Source: Turneriella sp.
GTDB lineage: Bacteria; Spirochaetota; Leptospiria; Turneriellales; Turneriellaceae
NCBI GenBank assembly: GCA_965279515.1
Contig: CBDIID010000003.1
Coordinates: forward strand, 3,008,001-3,072,000
Direction: 5' to 3'
Length of the DNA: 64,000 bases
Part shown: positions 39,174 through 47,672 of the stretch, piece by piece
Layout: every line of letters starts with the position of its first letter
How positions within the stretch are numbered: the first letter of the stretch is position 1
The notes under the pieces: generated by a model
What the model saw: the letters and a program-made list of their open reading frames with translations, nothing else
Told to the model about the DNA's origin: nothing
The model's database searches: none
Made by a program: the position numbers and the translations under genes

Positions 39174-40277
39174 ATGGCTGTAACGATTGAGCAAGACGAA
39201 GTTGGAATTTATTTCCGCGATGGCATCTATAAAAAATTTCTGCTGCCGGGCAAACATACGCTCCCGTTTTTCGGCAAAAAGCTCGTCGAGCTGCATAAGG
39301 TCGCGCAGGAATTCAAGTCATCCAAGAATCTCGAAATTCTTGTCAAAGATGAAAAGCTGGCGAAGCTGCTCGACATTGTCGACGTCGCCGACCACCAGAT
39401 AGCGCTGTATTTTGCCGACGGGCATTTTCAGAAAATACTCAAACCGGGTAAGACAGCATTCTGGAATATGTTGCGCAAAAATACCTTCGAGGTTATCGAT
39501 TTTTCGAAACCCGATATTCCCGCCGAAATTCATCCCTCTATTCTCGCGCATGCAGAGACGGTAGCACACCTGCAGACTGTGAGCGTCGCTTCGTTCCAGA
39601 AGGCGTTGCTGTTCTTCAACGGTAAGTTCGAGCGTGTATTGGAGCCGGGAAAATATTATTTCTGGAATGGGCCGACCAAGGTCACTGCCGAACTCGTCGA
39701 CCTGCGGCAGCAGCAGCTCGACATGACGGGCCAGGAAATCATGACGCAGGATAAGGTGACGCTGCGGCTGAATTTTATCTGTCTTTACCGCATCATCGAT
39801 CCGCTGACAGTTTTTCAAAATATCAAGGAATATGAAAAGCAGCTCTACATTCAATTGCAGCTGATCTTGCGCGAGTATGTCGGCATGCTGAAGCTCGACG
39901 AGCTTCTTGAGAAGAAAGAAGAAGTCGGGCAGTTCATTCTGGAAAAACTTAAGAAGAACGCCGGCGGCTGGGGTATTGAATTTATCGGCGCCGGCGTGAA
40001 AGATGTCATCTTACCAGGTGAGATCAAAGATATTCTCAACAAAGTCATCGAAGCGGAAAAGCGTGCGCAGGCCAATGTCATCACACGCCGCGAAGAGACT
40101 GCCTCGACGCGTAGCCTGCTGAATACCGTAAAACTCATGGAAGATAACCCGCTGCTTATCAAACTCAAGGAATGGGAGCAGATTGAAACCGTTGCGGCGA
40201 AAATAGGCAGCATCTCCGTTTCGAGTGGTGCCGATATTTTGCAGCAGCTGGGTAAGATACTGACTCCCGAAAAGTGA
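39174..40277 (+). CDS. Slipin-family SPFH/band-7 protein
   Basis: Three N-terminal GxxFxDG..LxPG-type repeats followed by VDLRQQ..GQEIMTQDKVTLRLN, GVKDVILPGEIK and RREETASTRSLLNT; ATG 39174. Confidence 0.93.
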   Translation: MAVTIEQDEVGIYFRDGIYKKFLLPGKHTLPFFGKKLVELHKVAQEFKSSKNLEILVKDEKLAKLLDIVDVADHQIALYFADGHFQKILKPGKTAFWNMLRKNTFEVIDFSKPDIPAEIHPSILAHAETVAHLQTVSVASFQKALLFFNGKFERVLEPGKYYFWNGPTKVTAELVDLRQQQLDMTGQEIMTQDKVTLRLNFICLYRIIDPLTVFQNIKEYEKQLYIQLQLILREYVGMLKLDELLEKKEEVGQFILEKLKKNAGGWGIEFIGAGVKDVILPGEIKDILNKVIEAEKRAQANVITRREETASTRSLLNTVKLMEDNPLLIKLKEWEQIETVAAKIGSISVSSGADILQQLGKILTPEK

Positions 40278-40340
40278 TCTTGTCGCCGTTCCAGCGGCGA
40301 AAGGCTTGACATCGCGCGCTCTCAGCGCATGCGATGAGCC

Positions 40341-41216
40341 GTGGATAAAGACGATAAAATTGCCCTTGTGACGGTACCTGTTGCGGTTGCCATTGGCGCA
40401 GGGTTCGCCTGGGCGGGTGCATCGGTGCCCGTATTCTCGATCGGTAAATTTCCCGTTATCTACATCTGCATCGCTGCCGCATTTGTTATCCAATGGCTCG
40501 CGTTCGTGCCCGCCTATCTTTTCAAAACCGAAAAATTTTACGATTTTACGGGCAGCATCACCTACCTGTCGATCACGCTCTTTGCCATCAAAATGAATCC
40601 GCATAGCGACCTGCGCTCGCGCCTCATCGCCAGTTTCATCGCAGTGTGGGCAATCCGCCTGGGGTTTTTTCTTTTTTCGCGTATTCTCAAAGCCGGCGAA
40701 GACAGCCGCTTTGTCAATATCCGTGGCAAGTTTCTGCGCTTTCTCATGGCCTGGACGCTGCAGGGTTTGTGGGTTACCTTTTCGCTCGCGGCAGGTCTCA
40801 CAGCTCTCACTTCTCTTCCTGTGCGCATGGACGTATTCGGTTATGCCGGGGCCGGCCTGTGGTGTGTAGGATTTCTCCTCGAAGCGCTGGCTGACTTCCA
40901 GAAAAGCCGCTTTCGCCGTGAGCCGTCGAACAGAGGCCGTTTTATCTCGTCCGGGCTCTGGGCCTGGTCAAGACATCCTAATTATTTTGGCGAGATCGTA
41001 CTTTGGACAGGCATCGCCGTGATGGCGTTTCCCGTCTTGCATGGCTGGCAGTATGCCACGCTGGTGTCGCCTGTCTTTGTAACTCTGCTGCTCACGAAGA
41101 TCAGCGGCATTCCGCTGCTCGAAGAAGCGGCTGACAAAAAATGGGGCGGTCAAAAGGAATACGACGATTATAAACGCCGCACTTCGGTGCTGATTCCCTT
41201 ACCACGGCGCAGGTAG
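40341..41216 (+). CDS. DUF1295 / steroid 5-alpha-reductase-like membrane protein
   Basis: EKFYD, GEDSRF, EALADFQK, GLWAWSRHPNYFGE and SGIPLLE motifs. Confidence 0.92.
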   Translation: MDKDDKIALVTVPVAVAIGAGFAWAGASVPVFSIGKFPVIYICIAAAFVIQWLAFVPAYLFKTEKFYDFTGSITYLSITLFAIKMNPHSDLRSRLIASFIAVWAIRLGFFLFSRILKAGEDSRFVNIRGKFLRFLMAWTLQGLWVTFSLAAGLTALTSLPVRMDVFGYAGAGLWCVGFLLEALADFQKSRFRREPSNRGRFISSGLWAWSRHPNYFGEIVLWTGIAVMAFPVLHGWQYATLVSPVFVTLLLTKISGIPLLEEAADKKWGGQKEYDDYKRRTSVLIPLPRRR

Positions 41217-42122
41217 ATCAAAGCGCCACGTTGCGCCGAGTTGAACCGATATGCTGAAAGGCACGAGGTTAATGGGCGCGGTGCTCAGCACATTGCCCGA
41301 CACATCGGTCGCTGTGGGAGCATTGCCGGTAACGGCGGCAGAAATTGCATGTTCGACCCGCACGCTGCACAATCCGAAAATCTGCCGCGTGATGGGAAAG
41401 TTCGCCCCCACGCTCAAATACAGTGCGACATAGGTAGGAGTGCCATAGCTGTTATTCGTCAATGTGCCGGTGGCCGTATTTACCGTGAGCGGGGCCTTGG
41501 TGAGATTCACTGCGGTGAGCAGCCCCGGTTCGATGAAAAAAATACCCGAATGCGAACGATGGCCGAGGCGCACGTCGAGATAATCCATCGCCCAGGTACC
41601 ATTTCCCGTAATGCCTTTTTCGATAATACCACTGATCGGAATGTTCCGGCGCGCATAACCGAGACCAAAAACCAGCGCGTGGTTGCCGCCGTAATACCAG
41701 GCGCTGGTGCCGGCAATTTCAAAACCGTAGCTGTAGTCGAGTGTGGTCCCCAGCGGAAAATTACTGACGAGTCCGCTGGGCCAGAGCGCGCCGAAGCTGC
41801 CGGCAAGGCCGACATGCAGGCCGTGGTAGGCGCTGCCTGATTCCTGCGCCGGCAGCTCGATTTTCATGGCTGCTTCGGGCGTCGGATCGTTCTTCACAAT
41901 TGAGGGATGCGACCAAATTAAATTACCTTCGTCGTCATGGAGCGTCAGAATTTCGCTGCGGTTCAAAACGATTTCGGCCGCGCCCTTGGGTTGTATGGCG
42001 ATTTCTTTTTCGCTCTGGCGCACAAGCGCCCCATCGATGCGGCCATTTTGTGTGAACACGGTCGCCGCATTGACGGTGCTGCAAACTACCAGACAAAAGG
42101 TGATCGTTGACGCGGCGTTCAC
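41199..42122 (-). CDS. Hypothetical outer-membrane beta-barrel protein
   Basis: Signal peptide; small N-domain; amphipathic strands ending VQLGATWRF. Confidence 0.7.
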   Translation of the reverse strand: MNAASTITFCLVVCSTVNAATVFTQNGRIDGALVRQSEKEIAIQPKGAAEIVLNRSEILTLHDDEGNLIWSHPSIVKNDPTPEAAMKIELPAQESGSAYHGLHVGLAGSFGALWPSGLVSNFPLGTTLDYSYGFEIAGTSAWYYGGNHALVFGLGYARRNIPISGIIEKGITGNGTWAMDYLDVRLGHRSHSGIFFIEPGLLTAVNLTKAPLTVNTATGTLTNNSYGTPTYVALYLSVGANFPITRQIFGLCSVRVEHAISAAVTGNAPTATDVSGNVLSTAPINLVPFSISVQLGATWRFDLPAPW

Positions 42123-42180
42123 TTTACAAGCGGCTCGCCGCAGGCGGACACGGCGTCAATCGTAGACCCGGTTGGGCTTG

Positions 42181-42582
42181 TTAAAGCCAATTTTCAACTT
42201 TTAATCCGTCAATTCGGCGGAACTCAGCTTCATTGTTTGTGATTAAGGTGGCATTGAGCGACATTGCATGGGCGGCGATTAGCATATCATAGGGGCCGAT
42301 TACTTTCCCCATGGCCTCCAGTGATGCTTTGATATCGCCAAAAATAATTCCGGCTTTTTCATTGAACTCATAGGTTTTCAAAGGTATGAGAAATTGCGCC
42401 AAGGCTATTTGGTTTTCAGACTTCTTCATACTTTTCGCAATTCCGTACTGAAGCTCTGCATAGGTAATAGCAGAGATGCCGATTTTACCCTCTAATTTCG
42501 CAGTCTTGAATTTATCAATGAGGGCAGTGGATCGTTTTCCAATGATATAGATACAGATATTGGTGTCGAGCAAATACATCAA
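42181..42582 (-). CDS. vapC: VapC PIN-domain toxin
   Basis: YLLDTNICI, AELQYG, IGPYDMLIAAHA, TNNEAEFRRIDGLKVENW. Confidence 0.95.
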   Translation of the reverse strand: MMYLLDTNICIYIIGKRSTALIDKFKTAKLEGKIGISAITYAELQYGIAKSMKKSENQIALAQFLIPLKTYEFNEKAGIIFGDIKASLEAMGKVIGPYDMLIAAHAMSLNATLITNNEAEFRRIDGLKVENWL

Positions 42583-42812
42583 AAGGTGGGTCGATCCTGG
42601 TCTTTGGGTTGTTGGCGGCCACCTTCAAAGAGATCGTCACTGAAACCGTTGAGTGCGCCTTTCATTAGATCCCATGTATCTTTGGATTTAGGGATGAGCA
42701 TGACGATGTTGGAGTGTTTGGTTATATAGACTTCTTTGCCCTTGAACCGGTATTCCTTAGGGAGCCTGACGGCCTGGCTTTCCCCGTTTTTGAAAAGTTT
42801 TGCAATATTCAT
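42579..42812 (-). CDS. vapB: VapB antitoxin (AbrB/MazE-type)
   Basis: AKLFKNGESQAVRLPKEYRF; overlaps the vapC start. Confidence 0.95.
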   Translation of the reverse strand: MNIAKLFKNGESQAVRLPKEYRFKGKEVYITKHSNIVMLIPKSKDTWDLMKGALNGFSDDLFEGGRQQPKDQDRPTF

Positions 42813-42829
42813 ATATACTAAGGTATATA
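42812..42829. promoter_or_regulatory. VapBC autoregulatory operator
   Basis: tatatac-taag-gtatata inverted repeat abutting the vapB ATG. Confidence 0.7.
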
Positions 42830-42877
42830 CTTTTTTCAGGGCGGCAATTATTTATACGAAAATTTTTCCTCAACCAC

Positions 42878-43657
42878 CTATTCTTTACCCAGCCGCCGCG
42901 CAAGTTCGAGCGCGGTCTCAAGGCCGCCGCCTGAGGCAAACCCCGCGAAGCGCACCACGCCCTGGCGGTCAATGACTGCCAGCGTCGGGTAACCCTGCAC
43001 ATGGTATGACATCGTCACGTCGTTCGATGCATCGATGAGAATCGGGTAGGGTGGTTTTTGGCCTTTGTAGAAAGCCTGCACGGTGGGGATGTCTTCCGTT
43101 GTGATGCCAATGACTTCGACGCCGGGGTTCATCCCCCCTTTTTTGAATTCTTCGAGCGCGCGGCGCACACCTTCACAGGGGCCGCACCAGGTCGCCCAGA
43201 AGTCGATGATATAGACCTTGCCTGTCGCCGGCGCAAACGTCGTGGCAGCGCCATAGACGGGCAGGGCAATTTTCGGCGCCGGTTTGCCCCTGAGCGCAGC
43301 AATTTCGTGCCGCACGCCGAGGGCGATTTTCACCGTCTGCACTTTACCCGCCCTTTCGTATTCAATCGCCGTCAGCGTTTCGGCGGCGTATTTGCGGATT
43401 TCCTGCACCAGCTGCTGCGGCGAATTTATGGGAGTGCCATTCACCGTGAGAATCAGGTCACCGACCTTGAGCCCCGCGCGCTGCGCCGCGGAATCGGGTA
43501 ACACTTTATGTATCAGCACACCGCGCGGGGCAGGCGCCGGAACGACACCCAGAAGAGCTGGTTTCGTTTCGGGGACTCCCGCTTTATCTGTGGCGGGCAG
43601 GTTCGGCATAAAGAGCACCGCGAGAAAAAAAAGACAACCGGGAATAAAAGTCTTCAT
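42878..43657 (-). CDS. PDZ plus TlpA-family thioredoxin
   Basis: SAAQRAGLKVGDLILTVNG PDZ motif; DFWATWCGPC. Confidence 0.9.
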   Translation of the reverse strand: MKTFIPGCLFFLAVLFMPNLPATDKAGVPETKPALLGVVPAPAPRGVLIHKVLPDSAAQRAGLKVGDLILTVNGTPINSPQQLVQEIRKYAAETLTAIEYERAGKVQTVKIALGVRHEIAALRGKPAPKIALPVYGAATTFAPATGKVYIIDFWATWCGPCEGVRRALEEFKKGGMNPGVEVIGITTEDIPTVQAFYKGQKPPYPILIDASNDVTMSYHVQGYPTLAVIDRQGVVRFAGFASGGGLETALELARRLGKE

Positions 43658-43716
43658 AACTTCTGGATTCTGTTTTGACGCGCGGGCTGCAACGATTGTT
43701 CGTAAAAGCCTTGCGG

Positions 43717-44418
43717 TCAGAGGCCATACCAGGCAAAACCCGGCGGAGCACAATCGGCCGCGTATTCGATCTGCAGAACCCTGCGGTGCGCCTGCGTCTG
43801 CGACGGCCGCGAACGGTGGATGAGCAGAGCTTTGAAGAGAAAGGTGCTGCCTGCTGCGAGATCAGGACAAAGCGCTGGTGTTGTTTGTGTTATTTGTTCC
43901 AGGGCCTCGGGTGTTGAAATGCCATTGCGGTGCGAGCCAGGAATAAATTCGAGCGCGCCGTTTTCAGCGCTCTGCTCATCGAGGCTGATGCGCACGATCA
44001 GTACACCGTCGAGATATTCGGCGTCGGGAATAATCTGCGGAATGCCATGCGCTATTTCGTAGTTGCTGTCAGCGTTGCCCGGTGCAACCGGCAGGCGCAG
44101 ATTCTGGTGCCAGGGAATCTGCCAGTTACTGTCGGCGGTTTTATCAAGGAAAAAAGCCGCAAAGGGACGAGCCTTGCTGCCCAGTATGTCGCGTATCACG
44201 GGTGCAAGAGCGGGATGGTTTGCGACAGACGCCACGGCCGGGCTGGCGCGCAACAGATTCTGTGGTTTGCCTGGCGCCGCCTTTTTTTCGAGGTCTGTCA
44301 TTTCAGATAAGAGATATTCGATTCCCTGCCGGGACAACATGCCGTTGAGTATGGCAAAGCCGTGCTCAGCGACTTGTTGTTCCAGATTCCCCCGGATCTC
44401 TGTTGTTTCAGCGACCAT
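43717..44418 (-). CDS. Phytanoyl-CoA dioxygenase-family (2OG-Fe) protein
   Basis: DKT..NW.IPWHQN, NGALEFIPGSH, LIHRS, RRVLQIEY. Confidence 0.85.
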   Translation of the reverse strand: MVAETTEIRGNLEQQVAEHGFAILNGMLSRQGIEYLLSEMTDLEKKAAPGKPQNLLRASPAVASVANHPALAPVIRDILGSKARPFAAFFLDKTADSNWQIPWHQNLRLPVAPGNADSNYEIAHGIPQIIPDAEYLDGVLIVRISLDEQSAENGALEFIPGSHRNGISTPEALEQITQTTPALCPDLAAGSTFLFKALLIHRSRPSQTQAHRRVLQIEYAADCAPPGFAWYGL

Positions 44419-44908
44419 TCGCGCCGCCTGTTGTCGTAAACCAACCATGGCTACGTTCAAGATGCTCTTTGGGCAAGTCGGCGACCAAATCTTTTGCGAG
44501 ATCGGCGAGCGTCATCGTGCGCAGCGTGTCGCGCCAGGCCTCGTCGGCCCGGTACATGGTGCGCGCGATGGCACAGGTGCCGCTTTTGCCGGCGCCTTTT
44601 TTCAGGCAGGGATTATTCATGCGGATCTCTGTGCATTTAAAAGTTGTGCGCGGGCCTTCGATAGCTTCGACGACATCGAGAAAAGAAATCTTTTCGGCCG
44701 TTCGCTTCAAGCGGTAGCCACCGGTAGGGCCGAGTGTCCCCTCGAGGATATCGGCCTGCGCGAGCGCCTGCAACGCCTTCGAGAGATATTCTTTCGGTAC
44801 ACCGTGGAACTGCGCCAGGTCTTTGGTGGGAATATATTTACCGGGCGGCATCGCCGCAAGTATCGAGCAGCAATGCAACGCCCATTCGACCTGATTGCGG
44901 AGTACCAT
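44408..44908 (-). CDS. Rrf2-family regulator, RsrR-like
   Basis: VEWALHCC, YLSKALQAL, GPTGGY and CTEIR..C.IAR.M; Glu/His/Cys/Cys ligand pattern of RsrR. Confidence 0.9.
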   Translation of the reverse strand: MVLRNQVEWALHCCSILAAMPPGKYIPTKDLAQFHGVPKEYLSKALQALAQADILEGTLGPTGGYRLKRTAEKISFLDVVEAIEGPRTTFKCTEIRMNNPCLKKGAGKSGTCAIARTMYRADEAWRDTLRTMTLADLAKDLVADLPKEHLERSHGWFTTTGGANGR

Positions 44909-45378
44909 TAGTTGAGCAGCGCTTTGTCGAGCCCCAATAAAGCGTCCATACTGCCGGGTTCGGGGCGGAAGGCGACGCCGATGCGGTTCCAGAAATTGAT
45001 ACTGCCGACGGCGAATGTCAGGTCAGAGATTTCTTTCTCGGAAAAATGCGCCGACACCTTTTGGTAATCCCCATCGCTGACGCCGCCCTGGCCGATGCGA
45101 GTCAGCTGCTCGGCCCATTCGAGTGCCGCGCGTTCTTTATCGCTGAAGAGATTCGACTCATGCCATGCCGACAGGTGGTGCAGGCGGATTTCACGCTCAC
45201 CGCGCAGGTGAGCTTCTTTGACATGCATGTCGACGCAGAAGATACAGCCGTTGAGCTGCGATACGCGGATTTTCACGAGGTCGACGAGCGAGGCATCGAG
45301 GCTGGCACGCACGCTTCTATCGAGCGCTAACAGGGATTTCACCGGTTCGGGTGAGTGTTGGTTGTATTGTATTCTCAT
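44908..45378 (-). CDS. Carboxymuconolactone decarboxylase / AhpD-like protein
   Basis: LVKIRVSQLNGCIFCVDMH, ERAALEWAE, INFWNR. Confidence 0.93.
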   Translation of the reverse strand: MRIQYNQHSPEPVKSLLALDRSVRASLDASLVDLVKIRVSQLNGCIFCVDMHVKEAHLRGEREIRLHHLSAWHESNLFSDKERAALEWAEQLTRIGQGGVSDGDYQKVSAHFSEKEISDLTFAVGSINFWNRIGVAFRPEPGSMDALLGLDKALLN

Positions 45379-45391
45379 ATAAGCTCCTTTT

Positions 45392-45420
45392 TTATTAAGG
45401 ATATTTTATATCCTTAATAA
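45392..45420. promoter_or_regulatory. Probable Rrf2 (RsrR-like) operator
   Basis: Perfect 13-3-13 inverted repeat ttattaaggatat-ttt-atatccttaataa just upstream of the AhpD-Rrf2 operon SD. Confidence 0.8.
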
Positions 45421-45597
45421 TGGGGCGGCGAATTTTTCTGCATGCCCGGGCAACCTGGCAGGAATTCAGGCTTTAAAGATTTATAGAAAAAGATGTGACA
45501 TAATGTTCCGACTGCCCAACCTGCTCTTAGTGCCCAGCCGAGAGGTCAGAATCTCGCAAATCCTTTACACCCTATCGCAAAACCAGATTTTGCACCC

Positions 45598-45768
45598 ATG
45601 AAACGGACATGGCAGCCCGCAAACAAAAAACGTAACCGTACCCACGGGTTCCGTGCACGTAATGAGACAGCCGAAGGCCGTGAAGTCCTGCGCCGCCGCC
45701 GCCAAAAAGGCCGCTGGAAACTGACAGTTTCTGACGAACGCCGCCGCTGGGATATTGTGAAGCGCTAA
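45598..45768 (+). CDS. rpmH: 50S ribosomal protein L34
   Basis: Below the ORF-track cutoff; manual translation [56 protein letters not shown]. Confidence 0.97.
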   Translation: MKRTWQPANKKRNRTHGFRARNETAEGREVLRRRRQKGRWKLTVSDERRRWDIVKR

Positions 45769-45794
45769 AGAGGTGTTGAAAACACCTCGGAGCT

Positions 45795-45921
45795 GACTGT
45801 TGAAACCGCAATGCGCGGAAAGCAGCAGAGCAACTTGCCGCGCAAGTTGCGGAGCGCTTTAGCAGCAGTTCGCCCCGCGAACTGCGAGGCTTTCCGTGCA
45901 TGCGGATAACTTTCAACAGTC
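45795..45921. mobile_element. 127-bp MITE
   Basis: 11-bp perfect terminal inverted repeats gactgttgaaa/tttcaacagtc, flanked by AGCT on both sides (45791-94, 45922-25); internal long stem with two 9-bp hairpins. Confidence 0.8.
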
Positions 45922-46447
45922 AGCTAAAATCAAAAAAGCCCGCGCTCAGTATTTCCTCAGTCTTAAATCCAAAAAAAGCATCGGGTCGCTGTTTAAAACC
46001 GGCGGCAAAGTCTTCGCCAAAAAGTTAATGCTGCGTTTTAACCGCAGCGACTTGCGCACACAGGCAGATCCCCCCTTTCATGTCGTGTTCGCCGTTTCGG
46101 CCAAGCTCGGCGATGCCCATGTGCGCAACCGCATCAAGCGCCGCCTGCGCGAGGCGTTGCACGAGATCATGAAAAGCGGTGCGGTGAAACAGGTGGGTTT
46201 TGACCTCGCGATTATTCCGAAAAAAGAAACGGCGGATGCAGACTTCGGCGACCTGTGCGCCGACCTGAAAATGGCGCTGCAGCGTTTGCCGAAGCACAAG
46301 GAGGTGCCAGGTGCGTCCGCCGCCACGGATGGCGTTCTTCGCGGCGCACCAAAGCACAAGGATGTGCCAGGTGCGTCCGCCGCCACGGATGGCGCTCTTC
46401 GCGGCGCACCAAAGCACAAGGATGTGCAAGGCCCCGTCAAAACATGA
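45896..46447 (+). CDS. rnpA: Ribonuclease P protein component with repeat-derived C-terminal extension
   Basis: LKSKKSI..LF and AVSAKLGDAHVRNRIKRRLRE (RNR motif); position between rpmH and yidD. Confidence 0.92.
   Translation: MHADNFQQSAKIKKARAQYFLSLKSKKSIGSLFKTGGKVFAKKLMLRFNRSDLRTQADPPFHVVFAVSAKLGDAHVRNRIKRRLREALHEIMKSGAVKQVGFDLAIIPKKETADADFGDLCADLKMALQRLPKHKEVPGASAATDGVLRGAPKHKDVPGASAATDGALRGAPKHKDVQGPVKT
46289..46427 (+). repeat. 60-bp tandem repeat (2.3 copies) inside the rnpA 3' end
   Basis: Units 46289-348 and 46349-408 differ at 3 positions; partial third unit; mini-hairpins gcac-aaggat-gtgc and cgcc-acggat-ggcg. Confidence 0.95.
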
Positions 46448-46671
46448 AGCACATCTTTGTATTCCTGATCCGTTTTTACCAGTACACGTTCTCGGCGTTT
46501 CTCGGCGGGCAGTGCCGGTTTCACCCGACCTGTTCTGAGTATGCGGTGGAATGTTTTGAAAAACTGCCACCGCACCGCGCCTTTATTCTCTCGCTGTGGC
46601 GCATCTTGCGTTGCCAGCCGTTTGCGAAAGCGGGCTATGACCCGGTTCCGGAAAAAACGCCGCACAAATAA
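46444..46671 (+). CDS. yidD: Membrane protein insertion efficiency factor
   Basis: LIRFYQ..S..CRFHPTCSEYA..RILRCQPF..GYDPVP; ATGA overlap with the rnpA stop. Confidence 0.95.
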   Translation: MKHIFVFLIRFYQYTFSAFLGGQCRFHPTCSEYAVECFEKLPPHRAFILSLWRILRCQPFAKAGYDPVPEKTPHK

Positions 46672-46769
46672 CGGCGCTGAGTTTTTAACTTGTCCCCCGA
46701 GCTCGCGCGGTTTAGCGGGCTTTTCCGCAAAAATTCGCCTGTCGCCGGGCCATGGTGTACCTTTGCGCC

Positions 46770-47672
46770 ATGAAAAAATGGTTGTCCCTACTTCTCATCA
46801 GTAGCGCCCTCTCGGCCGCTGTTGAAGACAAAGCGGGCTTGTTTTCCGCCAAAGCCATCACTTCAGCCAATGAGCAGCTGAATAAGGTGCGGATGGCAAC
46901 CGGCAAGGAAATTCTCATACTGACGGTGAACGACCTCGGCGGCAAACCGATTGTGGAACTTGCCCGCACCGAAGGACGCGCGAGACAACTGAATGGTATT
47001 ATTCTGGTGATTTCCAAAAAGCCGGCTCAAATCGAGCTCATGGCTGGCCGGAAAACCAGCATGGTGTTCCGTAAACAGCACCGCGACACCGTGGTGGAGA
47101 TCCTCAAAAAAAATCTGCGTAAAGCACCGGATGAAGCCCTGGCTGCGTCGGTGCAATATATGGCCGAGACCTTCAGTAGCGCGAATAGCGCGATGATGCA
47201 ACCCGACGGTCGGCCCCCGATCGGTCAACGCCCGGCTGTTGTCACGCACCGGGAATCGAGCTCTTTTGGTTGGGTCAAATGGCTCATCATCATCGGCGTC
47301 GTGTTCCTGATTATCCGCCTGATCTCTTACTTCATGAACCGCAACGCGGCGGCGAATACGGCAGCTCCGGGTGCCGGTATGCCCGGCCAGGGCGGTTTTG
47401 GCGGCGGCGGTTTTTTTGCCTCGCTGATGGGTGGTATCTTCGGCGCTGTCGCCGGCAACTGGATCTACGATAAATTCTTTGGCGACAGCCATGATCACTC
47501 TAACTATAACCAGGATTCTTACCGCGATTCAAACCAGGACTGGCGCAACGACGACAAGGGCGACTTTGATTCGGGTTCGGGCAGCGGCGGCGACTGGGGC
47601 AGCGGCGATGGTGGCAGTTCGGGTGACAGTGGTGGTGGTGATTCTGGCGGTGGCGGCGGCGATAGCTGGTAA
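46770..47672 (+). CDS. TPM-domain protein with Gly-rich tail
   Basis: VEDKAGLFS..EILILTV; TM helix; GGDWG..GGGGGDSW tail. Confidence 0.85.
   Translation: MKKWLSLLLISSALSAAVEDKAGLFSAKAITSANEQLNKVRMATGKEILILTVNDLGGKPIVELARTEGRARQLNGIILVISKKPAQIELMAGRKTSMVFRKQHRDTVVEILKKNLRKAPDEALAASVQYMAETFSSANSAMMQPDGRPPIGQRPAVVTHRESSSFGWVKWLIIIGVVFLIIRLISYFMNRNAAANTAAPGAGMPGQGGFGGGGFFASLMGGIFGAVAGNWIYDKFFGDSHDHSNYNQDSYRDSNQDWRNDDKGDFDSGSGSGGDWGSGDGGSSGDSGGGDSGGGGGDSW

Noticed and set aside
46289..46427. CRISPR array
   Set aside because: Units are contiguous tandem copies without unique spacers, lie in a CDS, and there are no cas genes.
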